DNA of 64,000 bases from Pristiophorus japonicus (Eukaryota), in contig NC_091979.1 in assembly GCF_044704955.1 (NCBI RefSeq), positions 316,448,001 to 316,512,000 on the forward strand. The letters run 5' to 3'. The translations under genes and the position numbers were made by a program. Numbering within the stretch: the stretch's first letter is position 1; the number at the start of each line of letters is the position of its first letter. A model generated the notes under the pieces. It was given only the letters and a program-made list of their open reading frames with translations, made no database searches and had not been told where the DNA came from. Below are positions 1 through 12,050 of the stretch, piece by piece.

Positions 1-309
1 ATATGATGTGAGGCGTCTGCAGCCTCTCCCAATGTTAGATTCTTCCATTGTCCCATTCCTCTGGATCTTCCCAACCATTCCTCCCTCACCTTTCTTTAAT
101 AGCACTGTGGCTACAGCTAGCAGTGTAAGGGCCATGTTTCACTCCACAATCAACAGCTGTTTAGTTTACTGCCTGTGTTAAAGGCTGGTCTGAATGTTCC
201 TTACAGAGCTGGTACAGTTCACCATCACAAAGTGTGGATTATGAGTGACACTTACTGTCAGCATTAGCACAGATCAATGACACAAATAAAATTGTAGTTA
301 TAGTATCTT

Positions 310-315
310 TTTATT
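310..315 (-). terminator. Candidate poly(A) signal of IFIT copy 1
   Basis: AATAAA on minus followed by a U/GU-rich tract. Alternative AATAAA sites exist at ~396-401 and ~706-711, and there is no transcript evidence. Confidence 0.3.
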
Positions 316-459
316 GGTTATTTTAACACTCAATCTCTGATATTACAGCAAATTAACATTTCTCATTGGGAAATCTGTATCTGCAACTATAAAGCTTTAT
401 TATTTTTCATCATTTTAACTTATTTTTATATCCCTTAGCCGTGGTGGAAATTAACCGCT

Positions 460-861
460 TCCATTGAAGAGGCAGGATATCAGGGAGCTGTGGGCGGCTC
501 GTTACAGGGAGAGAGAGAACATAATCTTTCTTCAGGCGTGATACCGACCATCCCGTTTTAACAATGTCAGTGACTGAGGCTCCTTGTCAGCAGTGGGATG
601 AATAAAATTAAGCCCACATTATTCTGAAGGAGCACTGGCACTCATCCTGTCCCCCACCAAAAAATAATTCATCTCTTATTCGGGACTCTGATGCTGTCCC
701 GCCAGGTTTTATTGAGCAAAGGGCCCGCGGTTGTTGCTTCACCCGACAGGCTGTTGTTCCCCATCCATTGAAGAGGCTGCAAATCAGGGAGCTGCGGGCG
801 GCTCGTTACACAGAGAGAGAGAGAAATTAATCTTTCTTCAGGCATGATACCGGCCATCCCG
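460..861. repeat. Pair of ~97-bp imperfect direct repeats in the IFIT 3' flank
   Basis: ccattgaagaggc...gataccg.ccatcccgt at ~460-556 and ~765-861. Both copies are kept at ~46357-46759; collapsed to one copy at ~24523-24621. Confidence 0.8.
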
Positions 862-1588
862 TGTAGCAGGGAAATTGCACAATCGGGTGAAATCGGCCGA
901 ACCAGTGTAAAAGATCGCAGAAACTCGAGCATAAGTTCTGTCAAGCTTCAACCGAGATTTCCGGGATCTTTAGCCCTGGTTTAAAAAGCTTTCTGTCCGA
1001 AGCTGGCGCCGCCCACAAAACTGGCCACACCCCCAGATAGAAATAACGAGGATGGTGAGTTTCCGCCCATTGCGTCCATTTGCAACCTTTCGAGGAGCGT
1101 TTTCAAATTGAGCTGGTTTTCTGAGGTGCCCAGGCACTAGTAGGCACAATTTAATAGGTTTTACATCTTAAAAATATTTAAATTATTAAAAGTCTGACTA
1201 GTGTACAACAATAAAACTTATAACTGGTTCAGTATAGATTTTAAAGCCATTTACATCACCTGAAATCAGGTAAAGCACAGCTGAAAGACTGACTAAAAAT
1301 ATTTAATTTTGCAGGTTACATCCATTTTCAGCTGTATCAATAAAGCTGCACCAATTGCCACTCTTAAATATATCAATGAATATTTTTAATGCAAAAAATA
1401 ACTGATTATATTCTGTTACACTGACTGACTGCACTGGTTCTTGGAAGATTTTACATTTGTAATTAAGCAAATGCATTTAGTGGAAACTTAAACTGTAAGC
1501 TAACCAGCGTAACTTCAAGTGCAATTTGCACCCAAAGCAGAAACTCTACCCGCTGTGTTTAGTTTTAGCTGGGAGAGTCGTCGTTGAT

Positions 1589-3041
1589 TTAGATAGAAAG
1601 ACGTAATTCACAAAGAGCACTTAGATATTCTTCATTGTCACAATCAAACTCCAAGGCCTTTTCAAAGCACTCAATAGCTTCACACTTCTCCCCATCCAGC
1701 TGGTGCAGTAACCCAAGAACACCAAAGGCCTTGCTGTCTCTGGGATTCCTGTCAATTTGTTTTGTTGCAATCTTTCTCAAGTTTTCGCGACACAATTGCC
1801 ATTCCACTGTGTCACGTTGGATTTTAAGTCCTTCCAGAAAATAGCTGATGGCATTTGATTCAGATCTTTTGTGATGCAGTTCATATAACCCAAACTGCGC
1901 ATATACTGCCTGCTTATTATCAGGATGAAAATCATCTAATTTCAGTAGATTACTGTAAATCTCCTCTACTTTGAGATATTCTCCATTTAATGAACAGATT
2001 TCTGCAAAATCCAGTTGTGCACAAATAAATGTTAATGGGCGGGGCTCAAATGCCTTTTCAAAATGGTACTTGCATAGTTTGATCAACTCAGCTTTCTGTT
2101 GAAAAGCAGCATTGCGAGGGTCTTTGCTGCCTGGATATTTGATCAGTTGAAATAGTTTTTTTCTGTAACACAGACCTATTTGGTGGTGTATGAAGGTTGA
2201 GTTTGGGCTAATTTCTAATGCTTTCTTCAATAGCTCCACAGCTTTTTCCACATCTCCTTCTCTTCTGTAAAATTTTGCTGCATAACGAGTTACATATGGA
2301 AGATCAGGGGACTTCTGCAATGCTTGTTCAACTAATTTCAGTGCTTCCTCCTTTTGATTGAACTCTTGTAGTTTTAGAGCCAACATCACCATGGCTACAG
2401 AGTCATCTGGATCAAGTTCCAGCACACGTTGTAACCGCTTCACTGATTGGCTGCGGTCACCACTCTCTGGGGTACTAGAAAACCCTTCCAGACGGAACAG
2501 AGCAGTCGCATAGCCAACGTTCCATTCAGTGTCATCAGGATCTTCCTCCAGAGCCTTCTCAAAACATTCCTTTGCCTCTTCATAATATTTCCTGGAAGAT
2601 TTCAACAGTGACCAACCCTTCTCCCCGTATACTTCAGGTATCAGTGCTGTATACCGAGAGCCATCAGTAAATTGTTTACAGATCATCTCCAGCTTGTCGA
2701 GGTAGGACTGGGCCTCTGTCAGTTGGCCCATGTGATAATATACCCAGGCATAGTTTCCATAGGTGATGATGCTTCTTCTTTCAAATTCATGTTCATGGTT
2801 CTCCCTCAGAATCTTTTCAGCTTCCTTTAAGTTTTGAATTGCCTCTTCACAGTTGCCTTGCAGACAGTTTACAAAAGCGAGGTGGTTGTAAGACCTGGCC
2901 TGATATTTCACACCAGCCTGTATTGAATCTTGCAATCTATACTTCATGTCGTCCAAGTCAATGTTTTCTTTCTGTGGGCCCCATGTGAAGTGACATTGAA
3001 GCCAATCGAGACTCACTTTCAACAAATCCTTCTGTGTGTTG
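1589..3041 (-). CDS. IFIT5: IFIT5-like protein, copy 1, coding exon 2 (with exon 1 at 9201-9205 gives ~485 aa, MSNTQKDLLK...ALCELRLSI)
   Basis: Intact ORF with IFIT hallmarks CHFTW, TYGNYAWVYYHMG, EKGWSLLK, PYVTRYAAKFYR, HHQIGLCY, TPR repeats and an IFIT5-type C-terminus LSALCELRLSI. Acceptor ttttgttctcttgcAG at 3043-3042. Strict orthology to IFIT5 is not proven. Confidence 0.93.
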
Positions 3042-3320
3042 CTGCAAGAGAACAAAATTCATCAAAACCCGTCTCAGACTGGCTGTGTCACCCCCTCCCC
3101 TCTCTCCGGATTCTTTAACTAAAGCCTTCTCCCGACTCCTGGACCCACTGACCATGAAATCTCTGCAAAAACCACTGCTAACGGTAAAGGGATGACTGCA
3201 AATCTCAGCTGTACTTACACTGGTCTCCTTCATGCTGGCTGATGTACCAGCTCGTGGCCATTTAGACTTCTCACCCAATGTGCAGCATTACCTCAAACAC
3301 CTCCACTCCCAATGATACAA

Positions 3321-6300
3321 GAACATAACAAATAGGAGCAGTAGTAGGCCACCTGTCCCCTTGAGCCTGCTCCAACATTTAATAAGATCATGGCTGATCT
3401 GATCATGGACTCAGCTCCACTTCCCTGCCAACTGCCCATAAACCTTTATTCTCTTATCGCTCAAAAATCTGTCTATCTCCATCTTAAATATATTCAATGA
3501 CCCAGCCTCTACAGCTCTCTGGTGTAGAGAATTCCATAGATTTCCAACCCTCTGAGAAGAAATTCCTCCTCATCTCTGTTTTAAATGGGCGGCCCCTTAT
3601 TCTGAGACTATGTCCCCTAGTTTTAGTTTCCCCGAAGAGTGAAAATATCCTCTCTGCATCCATCTTGTCGAGCCCCCTCATGATCTTACATGTTTCGATA
3701 TGATCACCTCTCATTCTTCTGAACTCCAATGTGTATAGGCCCGACCTATTCAACCTTTCTTCATAAGTCAGCCCCCTCATCTCCAGAATCAACCGAGTGA
3801 ACCTTCTCTGAACAACCTCCAATGCAAGTATATCCTTCCTTAAATACGGAGACCAAAATTGCACTCCAGTACTCCAAGTATGGCCTTACCAATACCTGTA
3901 CATCCATAGCAGGACTTCTCTGCTTTTATACTCTATCCCCCCTGCAATAAAGGCCAACATTCCATTTGCCTTCCTGATTACTTGCTGTATCTGCATACTA
4001 ACTTTTTGTGTTTCATGCACAAGGACCCCCAGATCCCCCTGTTCTGCAGCACTTTGCAATTGTTCTCCATTTAAATTATAATTTGCTTTTCCATTTTTTC
4101 TGCCAAAGTGGATAACCTCACATTTTTCCACATTATACTCGATCTGCAAAATTTTTGCCCACTTCTTTTAAGACCCTAGGCTGTAAGCTATCAGGTCCAG
4201 GGGACTTGTCTGCCTTTAGTCCCATTATTTTACCAAGTACTACTTCATTAGTGATAGTGATTGTATTAAGTTCCTCCCTCCCTATAGCCCCTTGATTATC
4301 CAATATTGGGATGTTTTTAGTGTCTTCTACCTTGAATACCAATACAAAATATTTGTTCAACGTCTCTGCCATTTCCCTGTTCTCCATTATTAATTCCCCC
4401 GTCTCATCTTCTAGGGGACCAACATTTACTTTAGCCATTCTTTTCCTTTTTATGGTCCTGTAGAAACTCTTACTATCTGTTTTTATGTTTCGTGCTATTT
4501 TACTTTCATAATCTATCTTCCCTCTCTTTATCATTTTTTTAGACCTTCTTTACTGGATTTTAAAAGTTTCCCAGTCCTCTGGCCTCCCACTAACCTTGGC
4601 CACATTGTATGCCCTTCTTTTCAATTTGATACCATTCCTTATTTCCTTAGTTAGCCACGGATGGTTACCCCTTCTCTTACAGTCTTTCCTTCTCATTGGG
4701 ATATATTTTTGTTGCATGTTATGAAATATCTCCTTAAATGTCTGCCACTGCACATCAACTGTCCCATACTTTAATCTATTTTCCCAGTCCACTTTAGCCA
4801 ACTCTGCCTTCATACCTTTGTAGTCTCCTTTATTTATGCTAAGGACTCTGGTTTGAGAACCAACTTTCTCACCCTCCAACTGAATTTGAAATTCAATTGA
4901 TTGATGGTCACTCATTCCTAGAGGATCCTTTACTATGAGATCATTTATTAATCATGTCTCATTACACAGTACCAGAACTAAGATAGCCTGCTCCCTGGTT
5001 GGTTCCGCAATGTACTGTTCAAGGAAACCATCCTGGATACACTCTATGAACTCTATCTCTAGGCTACCCTGGCCAATTTGCTTTGTCCAATCAATATGAA
5101 CTTTAAAATCACCCATGATTATTGCCGTTCCTTTATTACAAGCCTCCATTATTTCTTGATTTATGCTGCATCCAACAGTGTAGCTACTGTTAGGGGGCCT
5201 ATAGACTACACCCACCAGCGACTTTTTCTCCTTATTATTCCTTCTCTCCACCCAAACTGATTCAATACCTTGATCTTCTGTGCCAATATCGTTTCTCACT
5301 AATGCACTGATCTCAGCCTTTATTAATAGAGCCACTCTACGGCTTTTTCCTTTCTGTCTATCCTTCCGAATTGTCAAATACCCCTGAATATCTAGTTCCC
5401 AGTCTTGGTCACCTTGCAACCACGGTTTTGAAATGGCTATCATATCATATGCATTTGTATCTATTTATGCCATCACCCCATCTCTTTTGTTAAATTACCA
5501 TTTTTTCCAACTTTGACCCCACTTTCTGATACACCTTTATGTTTATGCATTCTGTCCCTTCCTGGCACTCTCTGGTTTTCATTTCCCCCAGTGCAACTTT
5601 GATCTATTGCCTTTTCCTTATTCTTTGACTTTTTAAATTTTCGCTCACCCGAATCAGCTTCAAGCCCTCTCTACAGCCCTAGTTATTTGATTTGCCAGGA
5701 CCCTAGTCCCAGCACAGTCTAAGTGTGGAGCCCGTCCCAATGGAACAGCTCCCTCTGACCACTGTACTGGTGCCAGTGTCCCATGAACCAAAACCCATTT
5801 CTCCCATACCAGTCTTTGAGCCACGTGTTTAACTCGCTGATCTTATTTACCCTATATAAATTTGCTCATGGCTCGGGTAGGAATAGAAACATAGAAACAT
5901 AGAAAATAAGTGCAGGAGTAGGCCATTCAGCCCTTCGAACCTGCACCACCATTCAATAAGATCATGGCTGATCATTCACCTCAGTACCCCTTTCCTGCTT
6001 TCTCTCCATACCCCTTGATCCCTTTAATTGTAAGGGCTATATCTAACTCCCTCTTGAATATATCCAATGAACTGGCCTCAACAACTCTCTGCGGTAGGGA
6101 ATTCTACAGGTTAACAACTCTCTGAGTAAAGAAGTTTCTCCTCATCTCAGTCCTAAATGGCTTACCCCTTATCCTTAGACTGTGACCCCTGGTTCTGGAC
6201 TTCCCCAACATCGGGGACATTCTTCCTGCATCTAACCTGTCCAATCCCGTCAGAATTTTATATGTTTCTATGAGATCCCCTCTCAATCTTCTAAATGCCA

Positions 6301-7117
6301 GTGAATACAGGCCCAGTTGATCCAGTCTCTCCTCATATGTCAGTCCTGCCATCCCTGGAATCAGTCTGGTGAACCTTTGTTGCACTCCCTCAATAGCAAG
6401 AACGTCCTTCCTCAGATTAGGAGACCAAAACTGAACACAATATTCCAGGTGAGGCCTCACCAAGGCCCTGTACAACTGCAGTAAGACCTCCCTGCCCCTG
6501 TACTCAAATCCCCTCGCTATGAAGGCCAACATACCACCGCCTGCTGTACCTGCATGCCAACTTTCAATGACTGACGTACCATGACACCCAGGTCTCGTTG
6601 CACCTCCCCTTTTCCTAATCCAGAGATTATTACCTTTGTGGTTCTGCTTTTTAATTTGGCCCCTAGCTGCTCATACTCTCTCAGCAGAACCTCTGTCTTG
6701 GTCCTATCTATGTCGTTGGTACCCAAGTGGACCATGACAACTGGATCTTCCCCCTCCCACTCCAAATTCCTCTCCAGCCCTGAGGAGATGTCATTAACCC
6801 TGACACCGGGCCGGCAACACAGCCTTCGGGACTCACGCTCTTGGCTGCAGTGAACCTTATCTGTCCCCCTAATGATACTGTCCCCACCACTACAACATTT
6901 CTTTTACTCCCCCTGTACCACGGTGCTGTAGTCAGTTTGCTCATTCTTCCTGCAGTCCCTGCTCATGTCCATAGAGGGAGTAAGAGCCTCGAACCTGTTG
7001 GAAAAGAGCATGGGCTGATGCTTCTCCATCACTCCATCCTGAGTCCTCATACCTTCCTCACTCGTAGTCACATCCTCCTGTACCTGACCACGGATCGAAT
7101 TTGAATTAATTACTGCA
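3321..7117 (-). mobile_element. Decayed CR1 LINE (ORF1 esterase, APE endonuclease and RT fragments) in IFIT copy 1 intron
   Basis: Fragments GVVYRPPN, IIMGDF, KSPGPD, CEVIHFG, QFWSPYL, VMVHLGTNDI. Flanked by ACAA (3317-3320, 7118-7121). Absent from the copy 3 intron. Confidence 0.85.
5884..6617 (-). mobile_element. 5'-truncated younger CR1 3' end nested in the previous element
   Basis: (AGAAACAT)n tail at ~5884-5905; [22 protein letters not shown]...RGHSLRIRG. Confidence 0.85.
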
Positions 7118-7449
7118 ACAAACAGTAGGATTGGTTGAACTACTCGGTCTGCCTCTTGGTTCACCAATTACATCTCCTTCTCATTCTAGTATTCCATTCC
7201 ACAATTGGACTCACCTCACTAAAAAGGTCAGTGCTAATTCTAAAACGCTCTCCCTCTCACATTGGCAGTCCAATAATTCACTACTAAATAGGATCTCTAA
7301 CCTGGTCCTCCACAGGGACCCTGCTGTCTCTGACCTAGATCATTCCTCACTCCAACATGCAGAAACTGAAAAGCAGGCCCATTACAATGGTATTTTCAGC
7401 ATTGACTCTTACCCTGCTGCAAATCTTCCACTACACCATCGTCCAGGCA

Positions 7450-8385
7450 AGATGTTAAACCAAGGCAGCATCTGCCTGTCCCAGTGGTTCAGGGGGACAT
7501 TAAGGATTCTATGGCACTATTTGAAGAAAGGCAGGGAGTTGTATTTTCCAATATTCTTCCCTGGAGCAACACCACCAGAAACAGATTGGGTGGTCTTTCA
7601 TCTTGTTGCTATTTTTGGGAACATGCTGTGTGCTGAGCTTCCGAGCCCAAAACCTCTCCATCGCAAAGACCGTCTACATCCACCCAATCACCTGATCCAC
7701 CCCTGGCTCATCCATTTAATTTCACCACCTGACTCGGATACTCCAATGTTTTCCTGGCCGGATTCCCAACTTCCACCCTTCATAAATGTCAGCCCATCTA
7801 AAACTCTGCTAGCTGCACCAGTCCCGCTCACCCATCCATGTGTTCGCTGACCTACATTGGGTCCTGATCCACCAATGTCTCACATTTAAAATTCTCATCC
7901 TGGTGTTCAAATCCCTTCACAGCCTCACCCCTCCGTATCCCCGTAACCTCCTTCAGTTCTATAATCCTCTGTGAATTCTGTGTTCCTCTAACTCGGGCTC
8001 GTGTCCATCCCCCACTGCACCCACCGATGGTGGCTGAGCCATCAGCCCAGACAGGCCCGGTACTCTGGAATTCCCTCGCTGAACCTCTCCACCTCATTCT
8101 CCTCCTTTAAGATCTCCTTAAAATCTACCCCACCCTCTAAGTATCTCCTTCTTTACCTCGGTGTCCATTGTTGTCTGATTACGTTGCTGTGAAGCGCCTT
8201 GGAATGTTTTCCGAGGTTAAAGGCGCTATATAAATGCCAGTTGTTGTTATTGTGCAAACTGAGCTGTCACATTTCCCGACAAAACAACTGACTACACTGC
8301 AAAATAATTCACTGAATGTGAACTACTTTGGGACATTTCTGAGAGGTGTGATAAGGTGTTACATCAACACAAATTCTTTCTTCCT
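7450..8385 (+). mobile_element. DeuSINE/SacSINE1-like SINE split by an L2 3' fragment (~7640-8251)
   Basis: gatgttaaaccaagg...atggcactatttgaagaa matches the Deu-domain consensus as I recall it. The L2-like segment ends tgtgaagcgccttgg...ggcgctatataaatgc. Confidence 0.55.
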
Positions 8386-9200
8386 TGCTGTTAAACTCAC
8401 GTCGATACATTTCATCCCCCAGCCATTCCAGCTTCTCCTTGCACTCTACTCCGCCTGCCTCTTGTTCCTGTTGGCTCTCGTCTCCCTCCCCCCACAATCC
8501 AAGCTGTCATTCTTACCCCTGCCCCAGTTCATGGTGGCTTTCCTCCCTTTGCTGCTCCGTTCAAACTGCTGCACCTGTCCTTTCCCCCAGTTCATGTCAG
8601 CACTCTTCTCCCCCGCCCACATTCTCAATGTAAGTCAGCACTTTTCCTTCTCCTACACACTTTAAGCTGGCACTCTCCTCCTGCATTTCATGCTGTGTCC
8701 ATCCCCCCATCCCAGTCCATGCTGTACTCTCCCTTTGCTTTATAGTTCAGGTTGCTTTAGTTTGGATATATGAAAGTGCTGGAAATCACTATTTTACATT
8801 AGTAGATCCCTTCTAGATTCCCATGGAACACAAAGTGAAACTTTCTTTCTTCAAACTCTGGATATGACCTGAGGGCACTTACAAAATACGCCTTTCCACG
8901 ACAGTATAATATTCAAGTTTAACTTTGTACTTTCAACAGAGCCAAGTCAAAAATAATGTAAAGTGTTGTTTGAGTTATAATCCTATGAACAGGTCTGCCT
9001 TTTGCCTCATGTTTACTGACTATCACCAGTCTTGGTGCAGCAGTGTTCCCTTATCTGTGTGTCTCACTGTGAGCCACTAATCCCAGCTCTCTGCATTTCA
9101 ACTGCTTTGTAATGTAAGCTACTTTATTTCTGAAAACTAGTTCCTTGATCGATAGTCTACATGTAAAATTAAATACAGAAGTTATTATAATGATCTTTAC

Positions 9201-9205
9201 CTCAT
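9201..9205 (-). CDS. IFIT5: IFIT copy 1 coding micro-exon 1 (ATGAG)
   Basis: Minus strand reads ATGAG|GTAAAG. Joined to the first base (C) of exon 2 it gives ATG AGC AAC in frame, the classic two-exon IFIT layout. Lies ~100 bp downstream of TATA/ISRE. Confidence 0.85.
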
Positions 9206-9305
9206 AATGCTGATCGATGGACAATGTGTTGAATTTTTTCGTCAGCTCCAACTGTCCTTCCAATGGTGAGTTGACCGAATGTTTGGAGTGTTGTTTTTCA
9301 GCTCA

Positions 9306-9381
9306 TTTATACCGTTCAGTCATTAATCGCTATGAATCATTTCCTGAAAGTGAATAGAAACTAAACCGAGAAATGGAAACT
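9306..9381 (-). promoter_or_regulatory. IFIT copy 1 core promoter: TATA box plus clustered ISRE/IRF motifs
   Basis: TATAAA on minus (9311-9306). GAAAGTGAATAGAAACT (9346-9362) and a perfect GAAANNGAAACT match GAAATGGAAACT (9370-9381). Confidence 0.8.
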
Positions 9382-9519
9382 CAGAAGCAACATTCCTGTT
9401 CAGGAAATTCTGGTGTCACACAGTAACATTGTGTGCTGACACAGAACCCCATGGAGCCGATTATAAACATAGGCCGGTTCAGCAACTGAAAAAGACCACT
9501 TGGCCCAAAAGGTCGAACC

Positions 9520-12050
9520 TGTTTGATTCCAGGATACATTTCAATACCGATCACCAATCACGTTACATGTAGCACTATGCAGAAAAAACAGTACATGGAA
9601 CGGATGGGGATACATTTACATTTTTTTACAAGTTACTAAAGAGTGCAGAGACTTTCATTATACATGGCACAACACAGGTGTTTTTCAGTCCATGATGCTC
9701 TGTGTATACAAGCAGATTAACAAGTACAGCCCGAGGGGGGTCTGATTTCATACCCTGGGTTTACCGTGGCGGAAGGGCCTTAAACTGTGCCTCTTCTCCA
9801 TCATGTCTTTGCGGCAACTGCACCAATCTTTAGTGTGACCCTCAGTACGTACTCCTGGATCTTGGATTGGGCCAGTCTGTAACACTTGGCCGTGGACATC
9901 TCCTTGCTCTGGAAGACCAGCAAGTTTTGGGAAGACCAAAGTGCGTCTTTCACCGAGTTAATGGCTCTCCAGCAGCAGATGATGTCTGTCTCGGTGTGTG
10001 TCCCGGGGAACAGTCCGTAGAGCACAGAGTCCTGTGTTACGGAGCTGCTTGCGATGAACCTCGACAGCTACCACTGCATCTCCTTCCAGACCTGCCTTGC
10101 AAAGGGGCAATCCCGAAAGAGATGGATGTCAGTCTCGTCCGCACCACAGCCGGCTCAGGGCTAGAGTGCCGTGTCTCTGAAACCCCGGCTGTGTATGAAG
10201 GACCTGACGGGTAGGGCCCATCTCACCGTCAACCAAGCTATGTCTTGGTGCTTGTATGAAAGCTCTGCCGATGAGACATTCTGCCAAACGAGTTCGACAG
10301 CCTGCTCGGGGAACCGTCCGACAGGATCCATCATCTCCTTCTTTTGTAGGGCGTCCAGGACCTTGCGTGCTGACCACTGCTTTATGGCCTTGTGGTCAAA
10401 GGTGTTTTTCTTGAAAACCTTTCCACGAAGGACAGGTGCTGAGGCATGGTCCAACTGGTCGGAGCGTTCCGTGGCAGCCTGGCCAGACCCATCCTTCGCA
10501 ACACCGGGGACAGATAGAATCTCAGCACGTACTGACACTTGGTGTTTGCGTACGAAGGGTCAATGCACAGCTTAATGCAGCCGCACACAAAGGTGGCCAT
10601 CAGGATGAGGGCCACGTTTGGAACGTCCTTTCCCTCCTTGTCTAGAGATTTGTACATCATGTCTCTGCGGACACGGTCCATTTTCGATCTCCAGATGAAA
10701 TGGAAGATGACTCGGGTGACTGCCACGGCACAGGAGTGGGGTATGGGGCAGACCTGCACCACGTACAACACCGAGAGCTCCTCACTCCTCGTGACCAGGT
10801 TCTTTCCTGCAATGGAAAGTGAGCACAGCTTTCACCATCCCAGTTTATGTTTGGCTTTAGCGATACGCTCCTTCCAGTTTTTCACGCACGACCCGTCCGC
10901 TCCGAACCATATTCCCAACACCTTCAGGTAATCTGACTTCACGGTGAAGGGAATAAAGGATCGGTCAGACCAGCTTCCAAAGAACATGGCCTCGCTTTTG
11001 CTGCGACTGACCTTCGCCCCCGAGGCCAGTTCAAACTGGTCACAGATTGTGAGCAATCCGCGGACTGACTGCGGATCCGAGCAAAAGATGGTGACGTCGT
11101 CCATGTACAGGGAGGTCTTGACCTGAACGCCTCCGCTGCCTGGGATTGTCACCCGCCTAATGCCCGCATCCTTCCTGATGGACTCGGCAATGGGCTCGAT
11201 ACAACACACAAACAAGACAGAGGAGAGGGGACAGCCTTGCCTGACTCCAGACCTGATTGGAAAGCTTCCAGTTTCCCGCCCATTGATTAGAACTGTGCTA
11301 CTGATGTCTGTGTAGAGCAGTTGGATCCAATTGCGGATACCCTCCCCAAACCCCATTTGGAGAGCACGTCCATCAGGTACGTGTGCGATATCCTGTCAAA
11401 GGCAAGCTGATTAAACAGGTGTCCACCCTCCTGTCCCGCACGTAGGCGATCGTATCCCTGAGTAGCGCGAGGCAATCAGAGATCTTCCTGCCGGATCACC
11501 AGCTCCCGAGCAGACTTGACCCTGTTTGCGATGACCTTTGACAGGATCTTGTCGACCACATTGAGCAGCGAAATGGCCGCCAGTTTTTGATTTCCTCCCT
11601 CTCCCACTTCTGCTTGTAGATGAGGGTGATGATGCCTTTCCTCATTGATTCTGACATGCTGCCAGCCAGAAGCATACCCCCGTACACTTCCAGCAGGCCT
11701 GGGCCTATCCAGTCCCACAGAGCCGAATACAACTAGACCGCTAAACCGTCGCTTCCGGGAGTTTTACTCATCATGAGGGACGGGACGGCCTTTGTCAGCT
11801 CGTCCAGAGTTAGCGGGTGATCGAGACTCTCCCGCTCGCTGTGGTCTAAGACCTCTGAGATAGACGACAGGAAAGACTGCGAGGCCGCGCGGTCTGTGGG
11901 CTTGACGTTGTACAGCCCGGCAGAGAAGGATTTGCTGATCCTCAGCATGTCAGGCTGCGAAGACGTCGCTGGTGATCACAGAGCTCCCGCTGTGTACCTT
12001 TTGGAAGAAGAAACGCGAACACGTCTCATCCTGCTCGACGGAGCGGACTC
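9520..12050 (-). mobile_element. 5'-truncated, frameshifted Tx1/L1-clade non-LTR retrotransposon ORF2
   Basis: RT motifs KTPGSDGL, NWRP, GVRQGCPLS and YMDD, YLKVLGIWF, plus a C-terminal Cys/His-rich region. Confidence 0.85.

Noticed and set aside
868-1551. Possible MITE just downstream of the IFIT stop codon
   Set aside because: The ends (gggaaattgc / gaaactctaccc) are too degenerate to establish TIRs or a TSD.
3042-3055. MFSC N-terminus of the 488-aa ORFs (also 26802-26815 and 48939-48952)
   Set aside because: Starts at a TTG within the polypyrimidine tract/acceptor, so it is intronic.
7131-7850. 239-aa plus-strand ORF antisense in the IFIT intron
   Set aside because: Spans SINE/L2 debris, has no recognisable domain and is disrupted in copy 3. 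Identity in copy 2 only reflects the recent duplication.
9340-9410. GAS/NF-kB sites (TTTCCTGAA, TTCAGGAAATTC)
   Set aside because: Imperfect matches, not conserved in the copy 3 promoter.
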